Positions 37,801-49,400 of a stretch of 64,000 nt of DNA are shown piece after piece. This DNA is from Eledone cirrhosa. Its lineage: Eukaryota. Position numbers and translations under genes: made by a program. The DNA lies in the NCBI GenBank assembly GCA_964016885.1, contig OZ024741.1, positions 27,528,001 through 27,592,000 on the forward strand. Direction: 5' to 3'. The notes under the pieces are model-generated. The model made no database searches and was not told where the DNA came from. It saw nothing but the letters and a program-made list of their open reading frames with translations. Each line of letters starts with the position of its first letter. Positions within the stretch are counted from its first letter, which is position 1.

Positions 37801-37899
37801 ATAGTAGTAATAATAATAATATGAAACCAGTGAAAGATTAAAGGAGTATAATAACAAGAGAAACCTTAGAAATATAAATGTAACTTCAGGCTAACTCAC

Positions 37900-37998
37900 C
37901 ATGGCTTCATATATTTGAGGATCTGGGTATAAATAGGAGAAAGCTGCCTCGTGTACATCATATAGTTCATATTCTTGTAGTTTGTAATACTGAGGTAC
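37900..37998 (-). CDS. CFAP221: CFAP221-like internal exon VPQYYKLQEYELYDVHEAAFSYLYPDPQIYEAM
   Basis: TTGTTTCCACAG acceptor, GTGAGT donor, 99 nt, phase 0/0. Matches the recalled CFAP221 VPQ.YK...Y....VH....SY motif. Confidence 0.88.
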
Positions 37999-38349
37999 CT
38001 GTGGAAACAACAACAGCAAAAACAATAACAAGTCAATGAAGTGACACAAGCCAATGAGACATTCTCCACATGGTTACTTAACCTGCTAGAAATAACAATA
38101 AAAATTTCCCTCAAATCACATCCAACTAGATTTTTTTTCTTTGATTTTTAAAATGGTTATATTGAATAATATAGTCCAAGGTATATTATGCCTTAAGAAA
38201 AAGAAAATACAAAAAATGGGTTAATCATGGCTGTTCCAGCCTTTGATGATGGGCTGACTCAGTCACAGCTGACTTTGAGAGAAACAACAAAGACATAATG
38301 AATGTTCTTTTGTGGGATGGAATATATATAGTTGATATGTAGCATTGAT

Positions 38350-39025
38350 CATTATCATCATCGTTTAACGTCTATCTTCCATGCTAACATGGGTTAGACG
38401 GGAATTGTCTCAATTTGAGGCAAGGTTGGTCGGGTGACCATGTCATGCTCGTATAGAACTGTATCTGGCAGGTTTTCTACAGCTGGATGCCCTTCCTAAC
38501 ACCAACCACTTTACAGCGTGGACTGGGTGTTTCTTTGTCATGACACCTACACAACCACTTTACAAAGTGGACTGAGTGTTTCTTGGTCGTGACACCTATA
38601 CAACCACTTTAGTATGGACTGGATGTTCTGTGGTACCAACATAACTTTATAGAGAAAGGGTGGTGTTCGTGGAAGTGGGAGGATGGAGTAGGGGTAGTGG
38701 GTTGGGGTGTATATTTGGTTAGGAGGTGCCTACTGACTGGTTAACTTGTGTACGTAAGGAAGGCGGGTCTTCTGTATTACTGCGTGGTGCCAAAGATCTC
38801 GATCCAGTGACATTGTCTTAGAGAGGTGTGAGTGTGCAAGGTCAGTTTTTATCATGTCATCCCAGGATTTTCTGGGTCTACCTACTCTGTAACTTCCATC
38901 AATTTTGATCGCCCTGCACTTTTTTATACAGCTGTCGTCTTTCATGCGCATCACATGACCATACCAACGTAATCTTCTCTTAAGTAAACAGCACCTGATC
39001 CCTCTTATTCCTAATTTCTCACTTC
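38350..39025 (-). mobile_element. 3' end of an RTE-type LINE (ORF2 C-terminus, 3'UTR and tail)
   Basis: RLRWYGHVMRMKDDSCIKKC...GRPRKSWDD...DRDLW, followed by UTR and a GATGAT tail. Confidence 0.9.
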
Positions 39026-39387
39026 AATCCTTTAGTTACCAACCCAGCCAAAACCAGCTCTGCTTCTATGAAATAAAACCACTCATTATAAAGGTTTCCA
39101 ATTTAAATTAAAATCTTCCAACATAATTTTTTATAGAATTTTAAAGAACCTTACATTAAGTTACTATCTTAGTAATGAAATAATTAATAATTTTAGTAAA
39201 TCAAAATGCTTCATTAATTAAGTAAAATAGAGTGTATTTCATTAGAAATGCAGTCATGAAAGGGTTAACAAGTTTGTTGACATTTCAGGTTGGAATAGTA
39301 GAAAATAAGAAACCTAAATGTATGCATGATGAAGAATTTTACTTTGCAAACAATAGTGTTTCAAGTTGAATTGCATCGGGCAGTAGT

Positions 39388-39820
39388 ACCTGGTTAAAAG
39401 TGATATAACTCTAATGTTCATGAAAATATGGCCATCTGTACCTGTGAAGGCACATGGCTTAGTGGTTAGAGCATTGGGCTTGCAATCGAAAGGTTGTGAG
39501 TTCAATTCTCGGACGAGGTGATGTGTTGTTTCCTTGAGCAAGACACTTTATTTCACGTTGCTCCAGTTTACTCAAATAATAGAACTGGGTCCCTATTATT
39601 AAATCACCCAAGACAGCTCCAACGAGATATACCTTGGAGGAGGCCAGCTAAACCTACATAGGTGTGAGCTGTCACACACACATATCTGTACCAGGTTAAA
39701 AGTGATATAACTCTTATGCTGATTAAGATATGGCCATCAGTACCTGGTTAATGGTGATATAATTCTGTTAATTAACATATGGCCATCTGTACCTGCTTAA
39801 TGGTGATATACTTCTAATAT
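39388..39820. repeat. Diverged ~50-54-bp tandem repeat (TACCTGGTTAAAAGTGATATAACTCT...ATATGGCCATCTG), ~4 copies, split by a SINE
   Basis: Copies begin near 39388, 39689, 39741 and 39790. Confidence 0.75.
39445..39683 (+). mobile_element. tRNA-derived SINE (family S2)
   Basis: A box TGGCTTAGTGG, B box GAGTTCAATTC, body TCCTTGAGCAAGACACTT and a (CA)n tail. Flanked by ATCTGTACC at 39434-39442 and 39684-39692. Confidence 0.8.
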
Positions 39821-39924
39821 TGGACAGAATGTGATGCAGTCATTTGAGTAACATAGCTACACCAATGTAAAAATAAGCTAGGTAAACATTAAAAATAAGT
39901 ACTAAATTTAATCTCTAATTATTT

Positions 39925-40075
39925 GAAGCAGCAAATCGTAGAATTAGTAGAGCAAAGGATTACATATTTAATGGTATTTTGTTAGGTTACATCTCTTTAG
40001 TTCTGAGTTCAAATCTTGCCATCATTAACTTGGTTTTTCATCCTTCTGAGGGACGATAAAATAGATAACAGTCAG
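39925..40075 (+). mobile_element. Decayed S1 SINE
   Basis: TTCTGAGTTCAAATCTTGCC...TTTCATCCTTCTGAGGGACGATAAAATAG. Confidence 0.7.
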
Positions 40076-40230
40076 GAAATCAGGGTTTGTGCCATATCTA
40101 AAACCTTTCGTAACCATATTTCTAATAAAAGTTACCATATCGGATTTTTTAAAATAATTTTCAAAATAGCCAAGAAATCAAAAGGATTTAGCAATAAAAC
40201 CAACTTTCTCATTATTATTTCACAAGTAGT

Positions 40231-40260
40231 TGAGAGAGAGAGAGAGGGGGGGAGAGAGTG

Positions 40261-40320
<60 letters not shown>

Positions 40321-40321
40321 G

Positions 40322-40394
<73 letters not shown>
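40231..40394. repeat. (GA)n microsatellite, ~165-bp polypurine tract
   Basis: Directly visible. Confidence 0.98.
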
Positions 40395-40395
<1 letters not shown>

Positions 40396-40397
40396 AT

Positions 40398-40476
40398 CAA
40401 GTACATTACTGAGCTGGTACTTTATTTATCAACCTCAAAAAGATAATATGTAAAGTTGACCTTGGCAGAATTAGAA
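40398..40476 (-). mobile_element. S1 SINE core truncated at the edge of satellite B
   Basis: CTGGTACTTTATTTATCAACC...AAAGTTGACCTTGGCAGAATT is the reverse complement of the S1 core. Confidence 0.7.
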
Positions 40477-40478
40477 AG

Positions 40479-43400
40479 CAGATGGCAGAGATGTTGTTGT
40501 TCCAACAGCTAGTCCCAGGTCACAGAGCTCTTGTTTCAACAGCTAGTTCCATATGATAGAGTTCTTGTTTAAACAGCTAGTCCCAGATGACAGAGCTCTT
40601 GTTCCAACAGCTAGTCCCAGATGGCAGAGCTCTTGTTCTTTCAACAGCTAGTCCCAGATGGCAGAGCTCTTGTTCTTTCAACAGCTAGTCCCAGATGGCA
40701 GAGCTTTTGTTCTTTCAACATCTAGTCCAAGAAGACAGAGCTCTTGTTGTTTCAACAGTTAATCCCAGATGACAGAGCTCTTGTTCTTTCAACAGTTAAT
40801 CCCAGATGACAGAGCTCTTGTTTCAACATCTAGTCCCAGATGGCAGAGCTATTGTTTCAACAGCTAGTCCCAGATGAGAGATCTCTTGTTCTTTCAACGG
40901 CTAGTCCCAGATGACAGAGCTCTTGTTTCAACAGCTAGTCCCAGATGACAGAGCTCTTGTTCTTTCAACAGCTAGTCCTAGATGACAGAGCTCTTATTGT
41001 TTCAACAGCTAGTCCCAGATGACAGAGCTCATGTTCTTTAAAAAGCTAGTCCCAGATAACAGAGCTCTTGTTTCAACAGCTAGTCCCAGATGGCAGAGCT
41101 CTTGTTTCAACAGCTAGTACCAGATGACAGAGCTCTTGTTTCAACAGCTAGTCCCAGATGGCAGAGCTCTTGTTTCAACAGCTAGTCCCAGATAGCAGAG
41201 CTCTTGTTGTTTCAACAGCTAGTCCCAGATGGCAGAGCTCTTGTTTCAACAGCTAGTCCCAGATGGGAGAGCTCTCTTTGTTTCAACAGATAGTCCCAGA
41301 TGACAGAGCTCTTGATTCAACAGCTAGTCCCAGATGGCAAAGCTCTTGTTCTTTCAACAGCTAGTCCCAGATGGCAGAGCTCTTGTTTCAACAGCTAGTC
41401 CCAGATGACAGAGCTCTTGTTTCAACAGCTAGTCCCAGATGACAGAGCTCTTGCTCTTATAACATCTAGTCCCAGATGACAGAGCTCTTGTTTCAACAGC
41501 TAGTCCGAGATGACAGAGCTCTTGCTCTTATAACATCTAGTCCCAGATGACAGAGCTCTTGTTTCAACAGCTAGTCCCAGATGACAGAGCTCTTGTTCTT
41601 TCAACAGCTAGTCCCAGATGACAGAGCTCTTGTTTCAACAGCTAGTCCCAGATGACAGAGCTCTTGTTTCAACAGCTAGTCCCAGATGACAGAGCTCTTG
41701 TTCTTTCAACAGCTAGTCCCAGATGACAGAGCTCTTGTTCTTTCAACAGCTAGTCCCAGATGACAGAGCTCTTGTTTCAACAGCTAGTCCCAGATGACAG
41801 AGCTCTTGTTCTTTCAACAGCTAGTCCCAGATGGCAGAGCTCATGTTCTTTCAACAGCTAGTCCCAGATGACAGAGCTCTTGTTTCAACAGCTAGTCGCA
41901 GATGACAGAGCTCTTGTTCTTTCAACAGCTAGTCCCAGATGGCAGAGCTCTTGTTTCAACAGCTAGTCACAGATGACAGAGCTCATGTTCTTTCAACAGC
42001 TAGTCCCAGATGACAGAGCTCTTGTTTCAACAGCTAGTCGCAGATGACAGAGCTCTTGTTCTTTCAACAGCTAGTCCCAGATGGCAGAGCTCTTGTTTCA
42101 ACAGCTAGTCGCAGATGACAGAGCTCTTGTTCTTTCAACATCTAGTCCCAGATGGCAGAGCACTTGTTCTTTCAACAGCTAGTCCCAGATGACAGAGCTC
42201 TTGTTTCAACAGCTAGTCCCAGATGACAGAGCTCTTGTTTCAACAGCTAGTCGCAGATGACAGAGCTCTTGTTCTTTCAACAGCTAGTCCCAGATGACAG
42301 AGCTCTTGTTTCAACATCTAGTCCCAGATGACAGAGCTCTTGTTCTTTCAACAGCTAGTCCCAGATGGCAGAGCTCTTGTTTCAACAGCTAGTCCCAGAT
42401 GGCAGAGCTCTCTTTGTTTCAACAGCTAGTCCCAGATGACAGAGCTCTTGTTTCAACAGCTAGTCCCAGATGACAGAGCTCTTGTTCTTTCAACAGCTAG
42501 TCCCAGATGACAGAGCTCTTGTTCTTTCAACAGCTAGTCCCAGATGGCAGAGCTCTTGTTTCAACATCTAGTCCCAGATGACAGAGCTCTTGTTCTTTCA
42601 ACAGTTAGTCCCAGATGGCAGAGCTCTTGTTTCAACAGCTAGTCCCAGATGGCAGAGCTCTCTTTGTTTCAACAGCTAGTCCCAGATGACAGAGCTCTTG
42701 TTTCAACAGCTAGTCCCAGATGGCAGAGCTCTTGTTTCAACATCTAGTCCCAGATGACAGAGCTCTTGTTCTTTCAACAGCTAGTCCCAGATGGCAGAGC
42801 TCTTGTTTCAACATCTAGTCCCAGATGACAGAGCTCTTGTTCTTTCAACAGCTAGTCCCAGATGGCAGAGCTCTTGATTCAACAGCTAGTCCCAGATGGC
42901 AGAGCACTTGTTCTTTCAAGAGCTAGTCCCAGATGACAGAGCTCTTGTTCTTTCAACAGCTAGTCCCAGATGGCAGAGCTCTTGTTTCAACAGCTAGTCC
43001 CAGATGACAGAGCACTTGTTCTTTCAACAGCTAGTCCCAGATGACAGAGCTCTTGTTCTTTCAACAGTTAGTCCCAGATGGCAGAGCTCTTGTTTCAACA
43101 GTTAGTCCCAGATGGCAGAGCACTTGTTCTTTCAACAGCTAGTCCCAGATGGCAGAGCACTTGTTCTTTCAACAGCTAGTCCCAGATGGCAGAGCTCTTG
43201 ATTCAACAGCTAGTCCCAGATGACAGAGCTCTTGCTCTCATAACATCTAGTCCCAGATGACAGAGCTCTTGTTCTTTCAACAGCTAGTCCCAGATGACAG
43301 AGCTCTTGTTCTTTCAACAGCTAGTCCCAGATGACAGAGCTTTTGTTTCAACAACTAGTCCCAGATGACAGAGCTCTTGTTTCAACAGCTAGTCCCAGAT

Positions 43401-46400
43401 GGCAGAGCTCTTGTTCTTTCAACAGCTAGTCGCAGATGACAGAGCTCTTGTTCTTTCAACAGCTAGTCCCAGATGACAGAGCTCTTGTTTCAACAGCTAG
43501 TCCCAGATGACAGAGCTCTTGTTCTTTCAACAGCTAGTCCCAGATGGCAAAGCTCTTGTTCTTTCAACAGCTAATCCCAGATGACAGAGCTCTTGTTTCA
43601 GGAGCTAGTCCCAGATGACAGAGGTCTTTTTGTCTCAACAGCTAGTCCCAGATGACAGAGCTCTTGTTTCAACAGCTAGTCCCGGATAACAGAGCTCTTG
43701 TTGTTTCAACAGCTAGTCCCAGATGGCAGAGCTCTTGTTCTTTCAACAGCTAGTCCCAGATGACAGAGCTCTTGTTTCAACATCTAGTCCCAGATGACAG
43801 AACTCATGTTCTTTCAACAGCTAGTCCCAGATGGCAGAGCTCTTGTTTCAACAGCTAGTCCCAGATGACAGAGCTCTTGTTCTTTCAACAGCTAGTCCCA
43901 GATGACAGAGCTCTTGTTCTTTCAACAGCTAGTCCTAGATGACAGAGCTCTTGTTTCAACAGCTAGTCCCAGATGACAGAGCTCTTGTTCTTTCAACAGC
44001 TAGTCCCAGATGACAGAGCTCTTGTTTCAACAGCTAGTCCCAGATGGCAGAGCTCTTGTTCTTTCAACAGTTAGTCCCAGATGACAGAGCTTTTGTTTCA
44101 ATAGCTAGTCCCAGATGACAGAGCTCTTGTTCTTTCAACAGCTAGTCCCAGATGGCAGAGCTCTTGTTCTTTCAACAGCTAGTCCCAGATGGCAGAGCTC
44201 TTGTTTCAACATCTAGTCCCAGATGACAGAGCTCTTGTTTCAACAGCTAGTCCCAGATGGCAGAGCTCTTGTTCTTTCAACAGTTAGTCCCAGATGACAG
44301 AGCTTTTGTTTCAATAGCTAGTCCCAGATGACAGAGCTCTTGTTCTTTCAACAGCTAGTCCCAGATGGCAGAGCTCTTGTTCTTTCAACAGCTAGTCCCA
44401 GATGGCAGAGCTCTTGTTTCAACATCTAGTCCCAGATGACAGAGCTCTTGTTTCAACAGCTAGTCCCAGATGGCAGAGCTCTTGTTTCAACAACTAGTCC
44501 CAGATGACAGAGCTCTTGTTTCAACAGCTAGTCCCAGATGACAGAGCTCTTGTTCTTTCAACAGTTAGTCCCAGATGACAGAGCTTTTGTTTCAACAGCT
44601 AGTCCCAGATGACAGAGCTCTTGTTCTTTCAACAGCTAGTCCCAGATGGCAGAGATCTTGTTCTTTCAACAGCTAGTCCCAGATGACAGAGCTTTTGTTT
44701 CAATAGCTAGTCCCAGATGACAGAGCTCTTGTTCTTTCAACATCTAGTCCCAGATGACAGAGCTCTTGTTCTTTCAACAGTTAGTCCCAGATGACAGAGC
44801 TCTTGTTCATTCAACAGCTAATCCCAGATGACAGAGCTCTTGTTTCAGGAGCTAGTCCCAGATGACAGAGCTCTTTTTGTCTCAACAGCTAGTCCCAGAT
44901 GACAGAGCTCTTGTTTCAACAGCTAGTCCCGGATAACAGAGCTCTTGTTGTTTCAACAGCTAGTCCCAGATGGCAGAGCTCTTGTTCTTTCAACAGTTAG
45001 TCCCAGATGACAGAGCTCTTGTTTCAACAGCTAGTCCCAGATGGCAGAGCTCTCTTTGTTTCAACAGCTAGTCCCAGATGACAGAGCTCTTGTTTCAACA
45101 GCTAGTCCCAGATGACAGAGCTCTTGTTCTTTCAACAGCTAGTCCCAGATGACAGAGCTCTTGTTTCAACATCTAGTCCCAGATGACAGAGCTCTTGTTC
45201 TTTCAACAGCTAGTCCCAGATGACAGAGCTCTTGATTCAAAAGCTAGTCCCAGATGGCAAAGCTCTTGTTCTTTCAACAGCTAGTCCCAGATGGCAGAGC
45301 TCTTGATTCAACAGCTAGTCCCAGATGACAGAGCTCTTGCTCTTATAACATCTAGTCCCAGATGACAGAGCTCTTGTTCTTTCAACAGCTAGTCCCAGAT
45401 GACAGAGCTCTTGTTCTTTCAACAGCTAGTCCCAGATGACAGAGCTCTTGTTTCAACAACTAGTCCCAGATGACAGAGCTCTTGTTTCAACAGCTAGTCC
45501 CAGATGGCAGAGCTCTTTTTCTTTCAACAGCTAGTCCCAGATGTCAGAGCTCCTGTTTCAACAGCTAGTCCCAGATGACAGAGCTCATGTTCTTTCAACA
45601 GCTAGTCCCAGATGACAGAGCTCTTGTTTCAACAGCTAGTCGCAGATGACAGAGCTATTGTTCTTTCAACAGCTAGTCCCAGATGGCAGAGCTCTTGTTT
45701 CAACAGCTAGTCGCAGATGACAGAGCTCTTGTTCTTTCAACATCTAGTCCCAGATGGCAGAGCACTTGTTCTTTCAACAGCTAGTCCCAGATGACAGAGC
45801 TCTTGTTTCAACAGCTAGTCCCAGATGACAGAGCTCTTGTTTCAACAGCTAGTCGCAGATGACAGAGCTCTTGTTCTTTCAACAGCTAGTCCCAGATGAC
45901 AGAGCTCTTGTTTCAACATCTAGTCCCAGATGACAGAGCTCTTGTTCTTTCAACAGCTAGTCCCAGATGGCAGAGCTCTTGTTTCAACAGCTAGTCCCAG
46001 ATGGCAGAGCTCTCTTTGTTTCAACAGCTAGTCCCAGATGACAGAGCTCTTGTTTCAACAGCTAGTCCCAGATGACAGAGCTCTTGTTCTTTCAACAGCT
46101 AGTCCCAGATGACAGAGCTCTTGTTCTTTCAACAGCTAGTCCCAGATGGCAGAGCTCTTGTTTCAACATCTAGTCCCAGATGACAGAGCTCTTGTTCTTT
46201 CAACAGCTAGTCCCAGATGGCAGAGCTCTTGTTTCAACATCTAGTCCCAGATGACAGAGCTCTTGTTCTTTCAACAGCTAGTCCCAGATGGCAGAGCTCT
46301 TGATTCAACAGCTAGTCCCAGATGGCAGAGCACTTGTTCTTTCAAGAGCTAGTCCCAGATGACAGAGCTCTTGTTCTTTCAACAGCTAGTCCCAGATGGC

Positions 46401-49400
46401 AGAGCTCTTGTTTCAACAGCTAGTCCCAGATGACAGAGCACTTGTTCTTTCAACAGCTAGTCCCAGATGACAGAGCTCTTGTTCTTTCAACAGCTAGTCC
46501 CAGATGGCAGAGCACTTGTTCTTTCAACAGCTAGTCCCAGATGGCAGAGCACTTGTTCTTTCAACAGCTAGTCCCAGATGGCAGAGCTCTTGATTCAACA
46601 GCTAGTCCCAGATGACAGAGCTCTTGCTCTCATAACATCTAGTCCCAGATGACAGAGCTCTTGTTCTTTCAACAGCTAGTCCCAGATGACAGAGCTTTTG
46701 TTTCAACAACTAGTCCCAGATGACAGAGCTCTTGTTTCAACAGCTAGTCCCAGATGGCAGAGCTCTTGTTCTTTCAACAGCTAGTCCCAGATGACAGAGC
46801 TCTTGTTTCAACAGCTAGTCCCAGATGACAGAGCTCTTGTTCTTTCAACAGCTAGTCCCAGATGGCAGAGCTCTTGTTCTTTCAACAGCTAGTCGCAGAT
46901 GACAGAGCTCTTGTTCTTTCAACAGCTAGTCCCAGATGACAGAGCTCTTGTTTCAACAGCTAGTCCCAGATGACAGAGCTCTTGTTCTTTCAACAGCTAG
47001 TCCCAGATGGCAGAGCTCTTGTTCTTTCAACAGCTAATCCCAGATGACAGAGCTCTTGTTTCAGGAGCTAGTCCCAGATGACAGAACTCATGTTCTTTCA
47101 ACAGCTAGTCCCAGATGGCAGAGCTCTTGTTTCAACAGCTAGTCCCAGATGACAGAGCTCTTGTTTCAACAGCTAGTCCCGGATAACAGAGCTCTTGTTG
47201 TTTCAACAGCTAGTCCCAGATGGCAGAGCTCTTGTTCTTTCAACAGCTAGTCCCAGATGACAGAGCTCTTGTTTCAACATCTAGTCCCAGATGACAGAAC
47301 TCATGTTCTTTCAACAGCTAGTCCCAGATGGCAGAGCTCTTGTTTCAACAGCTAGTCCCAGATGACAGAGCTCTTGTTCTTTCAACAGCTAGTCCCAGAT
47401 GACAGAGCTCTTGTTCTTTCAACAACTAGTCCTAGATGACAGAGCTCTTGTTTCAACAGCTAGTCCCAGATGACAGAGCTCTTGTTCTTTCAACAGCTAG
47501 TCCCAGATGACAGAGCTCTTGTTTCAACAGCTAGTCCCAGATGGCAGAGCTCTTGTTCTTTCAACAGTTAGTCCCAGATGACAGAGCTTTTGTTTCAATA
47601 GCTAGTCCCAGATGACAGAGCTCTTGTTCTTTCAACAGCTAGTCCCAGATGGCAGAGCTCTTGTTCTTTAAATAGCTAGTCCCAGATGGCAGAGCTCTTG
47701 TTTCAACATCTAGTCCCAGATGACAGAGCTCTTGTTTCAACAGCTAGTCCCAGATGGCAGAGCTCTTGTTCTTTCAACAGTTAGTCCCAGATGACAGAGC
47801 TTTTGTTTCAATAGCTAGTCCCAGATGACAGAGCTCTTGTTCTTTCAACAGCTAGTCCCAGATGGCATAGCTCTTGTTCTTTCAACAGCTAGTCCCAGAT
47901 GGCAGAGCTCTTGTTTCAACATCTAGTCCCAGATGACAGAGCTCTTGTTTCAACAGCTAGTCCCAGATGGCAGAGCTCTTGTTTCAACAACTAGTCCCAG
48001 ATGACAGAGCTCTTGTTTCAACAGCTAGTCCCAGATGACAGAGCTTTTGTTTCAATAGCTAGTCCCAGATGACAGAGCTCTTGTTCTTTCAACAGCTAGT
48101 CCCAGATGGCAGAGCTCTTGTTCTTTCAACAGTTAGTCCCAGATGACAGAGCTCTTGTTCATTCAACAGCTAATCCCAGATGACAGAGCTCTTGTTTCAG
48201 GAGCTAGTCCCAGATGACAGAGCTCTTTTTGTCTCAACAGCTAGTCCCAGATGACAGAGCTCTTGTTTCAACAGCTAGTCCCGGATAACAGAGCTCTTGT
48301 TGTTTCAACAGCTAGTCCCAGATGGCAGAGCTCTTGTTCTTTCAACAGTTAGTCCCAGATGACAGAGCTCTTGTTTCAACAGCTAGTCCCAGATGGCAGA
48401 GCTCTCTTTGTTTCAACAGCTAGTCCCAGATGACAGAGCTCTTGTTTCAACAGCTAGTCCCAGATGACAGAGCCCTTGTTCTTTCAACAGCTAGTCCCAG
48501 ATGACAGAGCTCTTGTTTCAACATCTAGTCCCAGATGACAGAGCTCTTGTTCTTACAACAGCTAGTCCCAGATGACAGAGCTCTTGTTCTTTCAACAGCT
48601 AGTCCCAGATGGCAGAGCACTTGTTCTTTCAACAGCTAGTCCCAGATGGCAGAGCACTTGTTCTTTCAACAGCTAGTCCCAGATGGCAGAGCTCTTGATT
48701 CAACAGCTAGTCCCAGATGACAGAGCTCTTGCTCTCATAACATCTAGTCCCAGATGACAGAGCTCTTGTTCTTTCAACAGCTAGTCCCAGATGACAGAGC
48801 TCTTGTTCTTTCAACAGCTAGTCCCAGATGACAGAGCTTTTGTTTCAACAACTAGTCCCAGATGACAGAGCTCTTGTTTCAACAGCTAGTCCCAGATGGC
48901 AGAGCTCTTGTTCTTTCAACAGCTAGTCGCAGATGACAGAGCTCTTGTTCTTTCAACAGCTAGTCCCAGATGACAGAGCTCTTGTTTCAACAGCTAGTCC
49001 CAGATGACAGAGCTCTTGTTCTTTCAACAGCTAGTCCCAGATGGCAGAGCTCTTGTTCTTTCAACAGCTAATCCCAGATGACAGAGCTCTTGTTTCAGGA
49101 GCTAGTCCCAGATGACAGAGGTCTTTTTGTCTCAACAGCTAGTCCCAGATGACAGAGCTCTTGTTTCAACAGCTAGTCCCGGATAACAGAGCTCTTGTTG
49201 TTTCAACAGCTAGTCCCAGATGGCAGAGCTCTTGTTCTTTCAACAGCTAGTCCCAGATGACAGAGCTCTTGTTTCAACATCTAGTCCCAGATGACAGAAC
49301 TCATGTTCTTTCAACAGCTAGTCCCAGATGGCAGAGCTCTTGTTTCAACAGCTAGTCCCAGATGACAGAGCTCTTGTTCTTTCAACAGCTAGTCCCAGAT

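Noticed and set aside
39445-39520. tRNA gene
   Set aside because: A and B boxes are present, but there is no convincing cloverleaf and the sequence continues into a SINE body.
40016-40446. RE/LS-repeat ORFs
   Set aside because: They are translations of the (GA)n tract.
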